Origin: Gammaproteobacteria bacterium
Lineage (GTDB): Bacteria > Pseudomonadota > Gammaproteobacteria > Eutrophobiales > Eutrophobiaceae
Reading direction: 5' to 3'
Length of the DNA: 64,000 bases
Assembly (NCBI GenBank): GCA_965116495.1
Contig: OZ220696.1
Coordinates: forward strand, 1,920,001 to 1,984,000
In this document: piece after piece, positions 39,297 through 49,515 of the stretch
Layout: every line of letters starts with the position of its first letter
Position numbering within the stretch: the first letter of the stretch is position 1
Position numbers and translations under genes: made by a program
The notes under the pieces: model-generated
Database searches by the model: none
Told to the model about the DNA's origin: nothing
Seen by the model: the letters and a program-made list of their open reading frames with translations, nothing else

Positions 39297-40124
39297 ATGA
39301 ATAGAGAACAAGTTCTAAAAAAGCTGAGGAATAAAGTTAAGGCGGGTGAGTTGATCATTGGTGGTGGCGCAGGAACCGGCTTATCAGCCAAGTGTGAAGA
39401 AGCCGGGGGAATAGACCTGATCGTAATCTACAATTCCGGGCGCTACCGTATGGCCGGACGAGGTTCGCTATCTGGTTTATTGGCTTACGGAAATGCCAAT
39501 GAAATAGTCAAAGAAATGGCCAGTGAAGTTCTGACTGTCGTAAAAGCAGTTCCGGTACTGGCCGGAGTGAATGGCACTGACCCATTCATGATGTTAAAGC
39601 CTTTCCTGCAAGAATTGAAAGATATGGGATTTGCTGGAATACAGAATTTTCCGACTGTTGGTTTGATTGATGGCGTCTTCAGAATGAACCTGGAAGAAAC
39701 CGGAATGGGCTATGGCAAGGAAGTTGAGTGTATCGCGGCTGCCCGCGAGCTCGACCTGCTGACGACTCCATATGTATTTGATATTGACGAAGCCAGGCTG
39801 ATGACCGACGCGGGCGCAGACATAGTTGTTGCCCACATGGGCCTGACAACAAGCGGTAGCATTGGTGCTGCGACATCGAAAACGTTGCCTCAATCGGTCG
39901 CATTAATTCAGCAGATAACAGATACCTGCAAAGGGTTAAATGACGATGTACTGGTGCTATGTCATGGCGGGCCAATTGCCGAACCCCGGGATATGCAATT
40001 TGTCATAGACAATGTAAAAGACCTGGATGGATTCTATGGCGCGAGTTCAATGGAACGCCTACCTGTTGAACGGGCACTTACGGAGCAGGTTGCTGAATTT
40101 TGTAAAATTAAGAGGGCAAAATAG
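39297..40124 (+). CDS. Phosphoenolpyruvate hydrolase-like TIM-barrel protein
   Basis: [37 protein letters not shown] and GASSMERLP. Confidence 0.9.
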   Translation: MNREQVLKKLRNKVKAGELIIGGGAGTGLSAKCEEAGGIDLIVIYNSGRYRMAGRGSLSGLLAYGNANEIVKEMASEVLTVVKAVPVLAGVNGTDPFMMLKPFLQELKDMGFAGIQNFPTVGLIDGVFRMNLEETGMGYGKEVECIAAARELDLLTTPYVFDIDEARLMTDAGADIVVAHMGLTTSGSIGAATSKTLPQSVALIQQITDTCKGLNDDVLVLCHGGPIAEPRDMQFVIDNVKDLDGFYGASSMERLPVERALTEQVAEFCKIKRAK

Positions 40125-40126
40125 AA

Positions 40127-40930
40127 ATGTTAGGTAATAGAGTTGTGTTAATCACCGGCGCCGGCGGGGGAATTGGGCGCGGCATCGCACAGGCGGTAAT
40201 GAAAACAGGCGCCGCAGTGATCGTTACTGATCTGGATGCAGATTCGGCTAATGCGACCGCTAAAATACTGGCGGACGATTATGACGCTGAAGATGTGATG
40301 GCCGTAGCGATGGATATTACCGACAGGGATGCTGTGGCTGACACAATCGAAGCCGGCGTAGCGCGCTTCGGAAAAATTGACGGGCTCGTCAACAATGCGG
40401 CTGTATTAGCGGACCCAGGACCTCTACTGGATTCAGATCCGGCTAAACGAAAAAAGGAAGTCGAAGTAAATCTCGGCGGAACTATTATTTGCTCACAGGC
40501 TTTCGTGCGCCAGGTAATCAAACAAAAAACAGGCGGCAATATCGTTAACCTGGCTTCGGAAGGCGGGTTCAGGGCGCACGTAATGATGGCAAATTACAGT
40601 GCTACCAAAGCGGGGGTCATTAATCTGACACAGGCACAGTCCGCGGAGTGGTGCAGGTATGGTATCAACGTAAATGCCATCTGTCCCGGCGGCATACATA
40701 CCGATATGTTGCAGGCTGCAGCTGAGGCAAAGTCGACAAATTCCGATATCTCCGCAACCGCTTTGCGCGAGACCTGGATTTCACCGCAATTGGGTAGAAG
40801 GATGGAAGCTATTGAAGTCGGCTATGTTGCTGCATTTTTGTTATCCGAAGAAGCCGTCCTGATTCGGGGACAGGCTATTCGAGTATCAGGTGGCTTGGAG
40901 CACGAAAATTTGCAAGACTATGAAATGTAA
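40127..40930 (+). CDS. Short-chain dehydrogenase/reductase
   Basis: TGAGGGIG, NNAA, YSATK and NAICPG. Confidence 0.9.
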   Translation: MLGNRVVLITGAGGGIGRGIAQAVMKTGAAVIVTDLDADSANATAKILADDYDAEDVMAVAMDITDRDAVADTIEAGVARFGKIDGLVNNAAVLADPGPLLDSDPAKRKKEVEVNLGGTIICSQAFVRQVIKQKTGGNIVNLASEGGFRAHVMMANYSATKAGVINLTQAQSAEWCRYGINVNAICPGGIHTDMLQAAAEAKSTNSDISATALRETWISPQLGRRMEAIEVGYVAAFLLSEEAVLIRGQAIRVSGGLEHENLQDYEM

Positions 40931-40958
40931 ACTTGAAACTTATTGGCGGAGATGAGCA

Positions 40959-41291
40959 ATGTGTAAAGTGTATGATGGCAAGGGGCGTTTTTTGACGGCC
41001 GAAGAGATTGAACGTGAATACCCGGACTGGGGTGCATTAGGCTGGGCATCGAGACCTCACGATACAGGTAGCAAAAATCTGGTTGTGATCGAGGTCACAT
41101 TTGCACCCGGCCAGGGACACAATTTTCATAAGCACCCTCGACAGGAGGAAATCCTCTACATGATAGACGGTACTGTCGAACAATGGATAGAGGAAAAGAA
41201 GCAGAATATAAAGAAGGGAGATGTTGCATTTATTCCTGAAAATACCGTGCACGCATCCTTTGGAATACGACCTACACTGAACCAAGGTTAA
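40959..41291 (+). CDS. Cupin domain protein, possibly C-terminally truncated
   Basis: HNFHKHPRQEE...HASF, followed by an abrupt end. Confidence 0.75.
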   Translation: MCKVYDGKGRFLTAEEIEREYPDWGALGWASRPHDTGSKNLVVIEVTFAPGQGHNFHKHPRQEEILYMIDGTVEQWIEEKKQNIKKGDVAFIPENTVHASFGIRPTLNQG

Positions 41292-41296
41292 CTCTC

Positions 41297-43288
41297 ATGA
41301 CCCTGCGAAACATCCTGGTACCGGCTTTACTGATTCTTGCAGCATGCGCCGACGATGTGCCCACAAACAAGCCGGCCAGTATCGAGTCCGGCAAAGACAA
41401 CGCCGTTGCGGTTCAACCTGAAGACCGCGGCGTGCCCTTCTACGGATTAACGCAGGACCTGAACCGCTCTTCCGACCTTGCGCAGATCAATACCGCCAAC
41501 ATACAAAATCTCACACCGGTCTGGACGCTTGCCCTCGGGGAGAAAATCGGCCTGCAGACACAACCGCTGGTAATCGGCAATGTCATGTACGTGACAACGC
41601 ACAATTCGACACATGCAATCGATGCGGCGAGCGGGCGGCAGATATGGAAAACAGTAATCGAATATGCAGACAATGCGTTGAATTGCTGTGGCTACGGCAA
41701 CCGCGGCCTGGCTTACCACGACGGCAAACTGTACCGGACCAATATCGACAACCGCATTATCGTTTTTGACCCGGACAATGGCGCGATACTCTGGGAAAAA
41801 GAAGTACATGATGTCTCGCCCAGTTACTCCATGACAAGCGCGCCGTTGGTGGCCAATGGCGTCCTTATCACCGGCATTGGCGGATCTGAATTTGCAGCGC
41901 CCGGGTTTATCGACGGCTGGGACCCGGACACGGGAGAGCACCTGTGGCGCCTGCATACCATTCCCAAACCCGGAGAACCGGGCAGTGAGACCTGGGAGGG
42001 TGACGACTGGAAGCGGGGCGGCGGCGGCACCTGGCTGACAGGCTCTTACGATGCCGAGCTTGACCTGGTGTACTGGGGCGTTGGCAACCCGGCCCCCTGG
42101 AGCGCCCACCGCCGATCGGGCGACAATTTATATACCAACAGTATGCTGGCAATCAGACCGCGTACCGGGGAAATGGTGTGGCACTTTCAATTCACACCCA
42201 ACGATACCGGCGATTACGACGGCAACAACGAACCACTGCTCACCGAACTGAAAATCGGGGACGAACTGCGCAAGGTCCTGATCCAGGCAAACCGCAACGG
42301 CTTCTTTTACGTGCTGGACCGGACCAATGGCGAATTTATAACGGCAAACGCATTCGTCGAAAAAACCACGTGGACCGCGGGACTCGATGCCGTAACGGGG
42401 CGGCCTGAACGTTCCAAATCCGTCGATCACATGCTGAAAACGGGCGAGCCCACCGAAGTGTGGCCGACCGCATTCGGCGGCAAAAACCTGGCGCCCATGT
42501 CTTACAGCAAACGCACCGGACTGGCTTATGTCAACGCGATCAACACCGGCTGGATTGTCACTCCGGTGGACCAGGAATTCAAGGAAGGGGCGCTGTTCTT
42601 TTCCATCGATTTTGAATTTGTCGATGCAACGGTCCCCAAAGGCGAGTTGAAGGCCATCGACCCGTTAAGCGGCAGCATAAAATGGAGCTTCCCCACTGAA
42701 ACAGCCATGAATGGAGGCACCCTGGTCACCGCAGGCGATCTTGTCTTTTCCGGGGCCCAGACCGGTGAGTTATATGCCCTCCACGCCGGGACGGGTGAGA
42801 TGTTATGGGAGTACCGAACCGGCTCCGGTATCGTTGCGCCACCGGTAACCTACCAGGTCGACGGTAAACAATATGTAGCCGTCGCCAGCGGCATCGGCGG
42901 CCTGTATGCAGCCGTCTCCGGGGACCCTAACATAAAAAATATCAATCCGGGCAACTCCATCTGGGCATTCGCCCTGAACGATGGCGCCATTGCCAGGACG
43001 CCGGTCGCGAAAACGATCGTGCCGCCGCTCAAGCCGACAGAGATTGACACCAACCCGATGCCGGCAACCGCCGTGGCAGGAAAATCGCTTTATCACCAGT
43101 ACTGCGCACACTGTCATGGTGTGGACCGCATGGCAAGCGGCACCAACTATGACCTGAGGCAGTTTCCGGAAAATGCTGAGCAACGCTTCGTTTCCGCCAT
43201 TGTTGACGGCAAGGGCACTATGCCGGGCTGGGGTGATACATTCAGCCGGGAAGAAATGCTGACTATCTATTCCTATGTGACGCACTGA
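41297..43288 (+). CDS. PQQ-dependent alcohol dehydrogenase family lipoprotein with a C-terminal cytochrome c
   Basis: Lipobox LAAC, vicinal CC (CCGYGNRG), PQQ propeller W motifs, DYDGNNE, RNGFFY and C-terminal CAHCH...TMP. Confidence 0.88.
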   Translation: MTLRNILVPALLILAACADDVPTNKPASIESGKDNAVAVQPEDRGVPFYGLTQDLNRSSDLAQINTANIQNLTPVWTLALGEKIGLQTQPLVIGNVMYVTTHNSTHAIDAASGRQIWKTVIEYADNALNCCGYGNRGLAYHDGKLYRTNIDNRIIVFDPDNGAILWEKEVHDVSPSYSMTSAPLVANGVLITGIGGSEFAAPGFIDGWDPDTGEHLWRLHTIPKPGEPGSETWEGDDWKRGGGGTWLTGSYDAELDLVYWGVGNPAPWSAHRRSGDNLYTNSMLAIRPRTGEMVWHFQFTPNDTGDYDGNNEPLLTELKIGDELRKVLIQANRNGFFYVLDRTNGEFITANAFVEKTTWTAGLDAVTGRPERSKSVDHMLKTGEPTEVWPTAFGGKNLAPMSYSKRTGLAYVNAINTGWIVTPVDQEFKEGALFFSIDFEFVDATVPKGELKAIDPLSGSIKWSFPTETAMNGGTLVTAGDLVFSGAQTGELYALHAGTGEMLWEYRTGSGIVAPPVTYQVDGKQYVAVASGIGGLYAAVSGDPNIKNINPGNSIWAFALNDGAIARTPVAKTIVPPLKPTEIDTNPMPATAVAGKSLYHQYCAHCHGVDRMASGTNYDLRQFPENAEQRFVSAIVDGKGTMPGWGDTFSREEMLTIYSYVTH

Positions 43289-43348
43289 GACGGCGACCAC
43301 CCGGACGGGAACCACAGTCTCGAAGTATTTTCCCTTCTCCAGGGCGTC

Positions 43349-44335
43349 TCACGACGACGCCATCTCGCGTTGCAACTGGACTTTGCGCATCAGGTGCTGT
43401 CCCGAGGTGACCGGGTCGTAACGGGACGGATTATCGGCGTCACAGCAAGTCGGCAGCGTCTCTATGAGGGCGTCGTAGTTGGGCTGGTGAAAGTAGACGA
43501 TGGACAGCCTCGACGTGCCGGGCCCGACCGGCGGCGTCACGACCCGGTGCATGGTCGACACCCAGCGGTCGTTGGTCCACTGGGCCATGAGATCGCCAAT
43601 GTTCACCACCAGCGCGCCAGGCACGTGAGGCACCTTCATCCAACTGCCGTTCCGATGCAGCACCTCAAGGCCGCCGGGCGCAGCGTCGGTCATAAGCATG
43701 GTGAAACTACCGAAATCCGAATGGGCCCCTGCCCTGAACTGGCCGGGGAGCGGTTCATTATCGAGCGCAGGATAGTACAGGGCGCGCATCGAGGAGATGC
43801 TCTTGTCCACGTAAGGGTCGAACTGGTCCTGCGGCAGGCCAAGCGCAACGGCCATCAGTCCCATCATCCGCACGGCGAGCGCATCCGCGGCGCGATAGTA
43901 TTGTATCCACGCCGCGGAGAACCCGGCGACCTCACCAGGCCAGACGTTGGGGCTGAAGAAGGGCCGTGACTCAGGGGTGTGGAAGTAAGGGTCATCCGCC
44001 GGCACGTCCATCCGGTTACAGGTGTAGGTCTCCTTGAGATCCGGGGGGCTTGCATCGCCACGGCTGTAGGAAAGCGCCTCCTGGCGCAGGTAGCCGACAT
44101 ATTCCCCGGGTGGCGGTTGATAAGCGGCTTTCACCTCCTCGGGCAGCGAAAAAAACGAGATGCACGCGGCGCGCACGTCGCTGATCAACTGCGCGTCGAT
44201 ACCGTGCCCCGTTATCACGAAGAAACCATGGTCCCGGCAGATAGAGTCTATCTCGGCCGGTGTATTTTCCGCAGCGCTATCCCCGGCAAGCCAGCCCGAG
44301 ACGTCGATGACCGGAATTTCAGTTCTGCCGCTCAC
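43349..44335 (-). CDS. 2-oxoglutarate/Fe(II) dioxygenase, isopenicillin N synthase-like
   Basis: IPVID, GFFVITGHG, HSD, NIGD, HRV and RLS. Confidence 0.9.
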   Translation of the reverse strand: MSGRTEIPVIDVSGWLAGDSAAENTPAEIDSICRDHGFFVITGHGIDAQLISDVRAACISFFSLPEEVKAAYQPPPGEYVGYLRQEALSYSRGDASPPDLKETYTCNRMDVPADDPYFHTPESRPFFSPNVWPGEVAGFSAAWIQYYRAADALAVRMMGLMAVALGLPQDQFDPYVDKSISSMRALYYPALDNEPLPGQFRAGAHSDFGSFTMLMTDAAPGGLEVLHRNGSWMKVPHVPGALVVNIGDLMAQWTNDRWVSTMHRVVTPPVGPGTSRLSIVYFHQPNYDALIETLPTCCDADNPSRYDPVTSGQHLMRKVQLQREMASS

Positions 44336-44358
44336 AGTGCGCCGGAGCAGGTCAGGGT

Positions 44359-44763
44359 TTAATCATCGAGTACCGCCGTCACTTCGATCTCGACCATGAT
44401 CCCCGGCAGCGCCAGCGATTGTACGCCGATCAACGTGCTTGGCGGCGGTTCACCCGGTGCGTAGAAGGCCGCGGTTTTTTCGATGACCGTCTGCACCATA
44501 TCGGCGTTATAATCGACGATGTAAATCCGGCCGCGCACCACATCAGCCGGGGTCGCACCGCCCGCGGCAAGCGCAATACCGATGGCTTTAAAAGATTGAT
44601 CCATTTGCTCGGCGAGCGTGTCGCCGACCAGGTTCAGGTCGGCGTCCATCGGCACCTGGCCGGCGCAGTGCACCATCTTTTTTCCGGTACTGACAACGAC
44701 ACTGGTGTAGCCGTGTACTACATCCGGCAGAATACCCTCGGGGTGGATAAATTTATTTGGCAT
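44359..44763 (-). CDS. RidA/YjgF family protein
   Basis: AGQV, PPSTLIGV and VEIEVTA. Confidence 0.85.
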   Translation of the reverse strand: MPNKFIHPEGILPDVVHGYTSVVVSTGKKMVHCAGQVPMDADLNLVGDTLAEQMDQSFKAIGIALAAGGATPADVVRGRIYIVDYNADMVQTVIEKTAAFYAPGEPPPSTLIGVQSLALPGIMVEIEVTAVLDD

Positions 44764-44781
44764 ATTCGTTCTATTGTCTGT

Positions 44782-45972
44782 TCAGTCCGTCTGAGTTGAC
44801 GGCCAGTGGGCGCGATAGCGTTTCACCAGCCAGCGATTGAATTGCTGCAGTGTCTCCTCCTGCCAGGAATAGCGTCCATGGGGGCCGAAGCGTGAGCGCA
44901 GACCCTTCTGCACCATCGTATCTGCATGGATATCCTGGATGTTAAAATCGTTCACGCCGGCTTCCATGTCCCTGAACAGCAGGTCGAACAAGGGTTCGTT
45001 CGGCGCCCTCGGGTCCATACAGTAACCGATGTGGATATCAATCGCTTCCGCGGCCTTGGGATTGACGATGAAATAGGTAATGGTGTCGGGCGTCACGGCG
45101 AGGCCGAGGCTGGGGGGCACCAGGCAGAACATGGCGCGGTGCCGCTCGTCATCGCTCAGTTTTTCAAACACCGGTAACAGGGTTTTCCTGGTGGCGTTGA
45201 ATCCGCCGTCGATGTGGGTGAAATAATTGAGCCGGGAGACATGATTCTGCTCATCGTCCCATTCCAGGAAGCGGGCGTTTTCAGACGGCACATGGTCGCC
45301 GATACCGACATGCAGGCGGTTGGCGTGATAACCGTCGTTGAAGTTTTCCAGCATCACCTTCCAGTTCCACGGCAGGTCTTCGTAGGTGTCGCCGATTTTT
45401 GTGTGACAGTTATCCAGGTCGAAGTTAGACAGCAACTCCGTGAGTTGCTCCAGCGTCGGCGCGAGCTCGTCGCCCTGTTCCGTAAAGCGGCAAAAAATAA
45501 ACCCGTTCCAGATCTCCGTCGACAACGACGGCAGGTTGTACCGCGCCTTGTCAAACTCGACTGCCTGGTCCATTTCCGGCATCGCGAGTAATCTTCCATC
45601 CAGGGCATAACTCCAGTGATGGTACGGGCAGAGAAACTTATTGCAGTTGCCGCTGCCTTCGGCGACAACCATGCCGCGATGCTGGCAGACTGCGGAGAGA
45701 ACGCGTACCTGCCCATCCCGGTCGCGTACGACCAGCAGGGGTTCATCCAGCAGGGTCAACTGGTACCAGTCGCCCGGGTCCGGGATCTGCGAGGTGCGTC
45801 CGACACACATCCAGTCCTTCGTAAAAATCGTGTCGCGCTCGAAGCTGTGAAATTCAGGCGAGGTGTACAGGATCGGGGGCAGTATCCCGGCCTCGTTGAC
45901 CGGTGCGGTGGCGGCATCAAAGGCCTTCAGCATATCCGCTCCGAATATCTCATGGGAGTTCATCATTGCCAA
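44782..45972 (-). CDS. Rieske ring-hydroxylating oxygenase alpha subunit (choline/carnitine monooxygenase-like)
   Basis: CQHRG...CPYH, NWKVMLENFNDGYHANRLH and QD...VQKG. Confidence 0.88.
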   Translation of the reverse strand: MAMMNSHEIFGADMLKAFDAATAPVNEAGILPPILYTSPEFHSFERDTIFTKDWMCVGRTSQIPDPGDWYQLTLLDEPLLVVRDRDGQVRVLSAVCQHRGMVVAEGSGNCNKFLCPYHHWSYALDGRLLAMPEMDQAVEFDKARYNLPSLSTEIWNGFIFCRFTEQGDELAPTLEQLTELLSNFDLDNCHTKIGDTYEDLPWNWKVMLENFNDGYHANRLHVGIGDHVPSENARFLEWDDEQNHVSRLNYFTHIDGGFNATRKTLLPVFEKLSDDERHRAMFCLVPPSLGLAVTPDTITYFIVNPKAAEAIDIHIGYCMDPRAPNEPLFDLLFRDMEAGVNDFNIQDIHADTMVQKGLRSRFGPHGRYSWQEETLQQFNRWLVKRYRAHWPSTQTD

Positions 45973-45996
45973 TCTCCGGACAGTGTCGGTTATCGC

Positions 45997-46734
45997 TCAA
46001 ATATCCAGTCCCAGGTGTGAGGCATCGCAGAACGGCGGTGTCCCGGTCTTCTTGCAGCCGCACATCCCTACGAAATCGTACTCTTTCATTTCAAACCTGA
46101 CCGGGTTGATACCGGTGCCCTTGTGTGAGCCGTCACAATAGGGCTGGTTCTTTGACTGCCCGCAGGCACACCAGTAATAGGCGCCTTCGTCCAGGAACAG
46201 GAGATACGGGTTGGTGTCGGAACCTGCCGGGAAGCGTGTTTTCACCCAGCCGTCTTTTGCCGGGCTGATCATTTTCATGTTGCTGGTGATGCGCTTGAAC
46301 AACCACTTTCCATCAACCTTGACCACCTCGGCATCGTACACGCCGGTGATCCAGTGCGGCTCCGCCTCCTTGGTATCTTCAGCCGGCATGGTTGCGGGTT
46401 CCCACAAGTACCAGATCAAGGTGGCGGAATTACCATCGTCCGCCAGGTCTATCTTCGGTGAGATCATGAAATGCAGCGACCACCAGACTTTCTCGCCGGC
46501 AATGGCTTTCAGGAAACCGACGGCCTTGTCGCGGCCAACCCAGGCGCCAAACCCCTTCGCCTCCCACACCGCATCTTCGGTGAACAAGGGCATCAACATA
46601 TCCACGTCGTTACCGTTATCCGCCGCCCGGGCATAGTCAACGATCAGGCGATTGATGTCTTCGATGGCCTCGACGTGCTGCAACCGCTTGTCGATACTCT
46701 TCAACAAACCTTTGATTTCTTCAAGATCACTCAT
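45997..46734 (-). CDS. SnoaL/NTF2-like domain fused to a tandem CDGSH iron-sulfur domain
   Basis: N-terminal EDINRLIVDYARAAD...FTEDAVW...H...GKWLF; C-terminal WCACGQSKNQPYCDGSH and CGCKKTGTPPFCDASH. Confidence 0.85.
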   Translation of the reverse strand: MSDLEEIKGLLKSIDKRLQHVEAIEDINRLIVDYARAADNGNDVDMLMPLFTEDAVWEAKGFGAWVGRDKAVGFLKAIAGEKVWWSLHFMISPKIDLADDGNSATLIWYLWEPATMPAEDTKEAEPHWITGVYDAEVVKVDGKWLFKRITSNMKMISPAKDGWVKTRFPAGSDTNPYLLFLDEGAYYWCACGQSKNQPYCDGSHKGTGINPVRFEMKEYDFVGMCGCKKTGTPPFCDASHLGLDI

Positions 46735-46786
46735 CTTCTACTCTCCATTGGTTACAAAAAAACTACGGCGCACACCGCTGGAGTCG

Positions 46787-49378
46787 TTAATAGTTATACC
46801 GCAGCGAAGCCCCTACCCAACGGGGCTTGCCGTAGGAATAGGTAACACAACCGCACAGGTTCGACACGTCGAAGCCGATCAGGCGAATGCGCGCATCGGT
46901 AAAGTTGTTGACGAACACCGTGCCGTCCCAGCGTCCATCGGTGCTGGTCCAGTTGATGCGGGCATTGCCCACACCGAACTCGCGCGTCCTCTGGGCATCA
47001 AAATTGCGGATGTTGTGGAAGAAATTGGAGTTGTACTGCGCATCCATCTGTAGCGCCAGCGAGCCGTTGAAAACATCCTGCGGGAAGGTGTAGCGGACCA
47101 GCCCGGACAACTGGGTCTCGGGTGCAAACGCCGGTCTGACATCGCGAAAGACCGCCGGCGCCACCTCCAGGTTCTTGACCTCGGCTTCCTGGAAATGCGC
47201 GCTCAGGATCACATCAAAACCGTTGCCGAAACTGGATTGCAGATCAAACTCGCCACCGGTGATCGTGGCATCGTTATTGACGATGAACCCGGAGGAACGC
47301 ACGAATACAAACGCCTGGTAATCCTTGTAGTCATAGTGGTACACCGACGCATTCAGACGGGTCGTGCCGTCGAACAGGGTTGACTTGAAACCTGCCTCGT
47401 AAGAAAGCAGCACCTCTTCACCATAGGGAATCTCGCTGTCGGGCAGGAACGGCGTGCCGTCCGCCACCTTGGCGTTGTAACTGCCGGCCTTGACGCCGCG
47501 ATTCACGCCGACGTAGAACAACAGGTTTTCGTTCGGATGGTAGTCCAGTTGCACCTTGCCGGTCCAGAGCGTGGGCGAACGGCTGTCGGCAAACGGTGTG
47601 CGCAGGGTGCCGTTGAAATCGTAACCTGAACCGGCGACGCGCGTATCGGTTTCAACCCGGTAATCGTCCGTGTTCATGTAGGCGACGATACTCCGGGTGT
47701 AACTTTGTTTTTCGACCAGGCCGCGGATCCCGGCGATGAACGTAAACTGGTCGTTGAGATCGTAGTCCACCTGCCCGAACAGCGAATAGGAATTGGTCTT
47801 CAGCCTTACTTCGTTGTTGGCTTCGGTGCCGAGGAAAGGTATATAGGCGCCGGGGATCACGGATCCGTCCGGCGCATTACCCAGGCCCAGCAATGGTGAA
47901 TTAAGGGGTAAGGCCAGCCCGGCAGTATTGTCATTATCGATGTGCAGGTAATAAAAACCTGTGACCCAGCGCATGCGTTCCGTTTCGCCGTTAAGACGCA
48001 GTTCCTGTGAAAAAGTATCCTCCGATGCCAGCGAACCGAAGATACCCTGGGGAACCGGCGCGCCATCGGTATCGAGGATAACAAGCTTGTCGAAATGCAT
48101 ATAGTTACTGACTGAGGTCAGGTTTACCTTACCCAAATCCCAACTCAATTTGGCGGTGACGCCGTGACTCTCGAATTGATTGACGTCGTCTGCGGAAATA
48201 TCGTGGGACGTATCGAAGCCATCCCCGTCAGGGTCGATATAACCGAAGAAATCACCACCCGGCACCGGACGCAGGCCGTCTTCACGTCCGGCAAACGGGA
48301 ACGGTACGCCGGGTATGCCGGTAATCGAAGGTGAAAGAACCAGAGCCCCAACATCAAAAGACGTCGCCTGCAACTCACCGTCAAGCCCTTCAACCCCGGG
48401 CATGTAACATCCGCCGGTCTCGGCGGAAATCGCTTCGCAGACGTTGTCCGGCGGCGAGACTATACTGTTTACAAACCGCCCCTGGGCATCAAGGACAGTA
48501 ACAGCGGGAAAAGATTGTGTGGGCCCGGCGCTGGTTTCGGTGCCGGCGCCGAAACCACTCACCAGGAACTCGAAATTGTCGCTTGGCTCAAGCAGCAACT
48601 GGCCGCGTATTGCCCAGGAATCATCGGTCCATGCATCACCGGGTTCCGCCCTGCCGGGCCCGAAGTTGCCGAACGGATAAACCGCGGCGCCAGGGGCGCC
48701 ATCGGGATAGTGGTTATCGAATATGGCATCATGCTTGTTATACATGCCGCTGACCCGCGCGGACAGGTTCTCGCCCAGCGGACCGCTGACCGCGCCCTCA
48801 AACCGCACCTGGTCGTAGGAACCGTAGGTAATATCGGCAAAGGCTTCCGCTTCCCGTGTCGGCTTGCGGGTGATGAAGTGCACTAGGCCGCCGGTAGCGT
48901 TGCGGCCGAACAGCGTACCCTGGGGGCCCTTGAGTATTTCCACCCGATCCACATCAAACGTGGCAAAGCTCTGGCCCTGGATCATGGGGATATAGCCTTC
49001 GTCGATGTAGACGGCAACGGGGGACTCGGTTACATCGAGAAAATCATTCTGGACAACACCGCGGATGGTGAAAAGCGTCGTTTGCCCGCCGAGATTGCCG
49101 GCGGTGAACACGCCAGGGGTAATATCGGCAATCTGTGTGCTGCTCTCCAGACCCATCTGGTCGATCTGCTCGCCCGACCAGGAAGTAATCGCGATGCCGA
49201 CATCCTGGATGGATTGTTCACGTTTTTGCGCCGTAACAATGACTTCCTCGAGCAGGCCGCCACCCTGGGCCGCGACCGGACTGGCATAAAAACAGACGGA
49301 CAACAAGGAAATTATTCCGATGGTTTTACGCGGTGCCAGTGTGAAAAATGTATTGATAGACATGTAACTCCCCCTCAT
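46787..49378 (-). CDS. TonB-dependent outer membrane receptor
   Basis: Signal peptide, LEEVIVTAQKRE TonB box, VEILKGPQGTLFGRN and a C-terminal aromatic beta strand. Confidence 0.93.
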   Translation of the reverse strand: MRGSYMSINTFFTLAPRKTIGIISLLSVCFYASPVAAQGGGLLEEVIVTAQKREQSIQDVGIAITSWSGEQIDQMGLESSTQIADITPGVFTAGNLGGQTTLFTIRGVVQNDFLDVTESPVAVYIDEGYIPMIQGQSFATFDVDRVEILKGPQGTLFGRNATGGLVHFITRKPTREAEAFADITYGSYDQVRFEGAVSGPLGENLSARVSGMYNKHDAIFDNHYPDGAPGAAVYPFGNFGPGRAEPGDAWTDDSWAIRGQLLLEPSDNFEFLVSGFGAGTETSAGPTQSFPAVTVLDAQGRFVNSIVSPPDNVCEAISAETGGCYMPGVEGLDGELQATSFDVGALVLSPSITGIPGVPFPFAGREDGLRPVPGGDFFGYIDPDGDGFDTSHDISADDVNQFESHGVTAKLSWDLGKVNLTSVSNYMHFDKLVILDTDGAPVPQGIFGSLASEDTFSQELRLNGETERMRWVTGFYYLHIDNDNTAGLALPLNSPLLGLGNAPDGSVIPGAYIPFLGTEANNEVRLKTNSYSLFGQVDYDLNDQFTFIAGIRGLVEKQSYTRSIVAYMNTDDYRVETDTRVAGSGYDFNGTLRTPFADSRSPTLWTGKVQLDYHPNENLLFYVGVNRGVKAGSYNAKVADGTPFLPDSEIPYGEEVLLSYEAGFKSTLFDGTTRLNASVYHYDYKDYQAFVFVRSSGFIVNNDATITGGEFDLQSSFGNGFDVILSAHFQEAEVKNLEVAPAVFRDVRPAFAPETQLSGLVRYTFPQDVFNGSLALQMDAQYNSNFFHNIRNFDAQRTREFGVGNARINWTSTDGRWDGTVFVNNFTDARIRLIGFDVSNLCGCVTYSYGKPRWVGASLRYNY

Positions 49379-49515
49379 GTAAACAGAATTCGTATTGTCG
49401 ATAATATTATGAATTATCGATAATTAGAAGCCCTCTGTATAGCTAAACAGGGTCAGACCAGTTCAAAATGACACATTTTATTTTCCTGTTGACACCAGTG
49501 TAGACTGTTCTCCCT

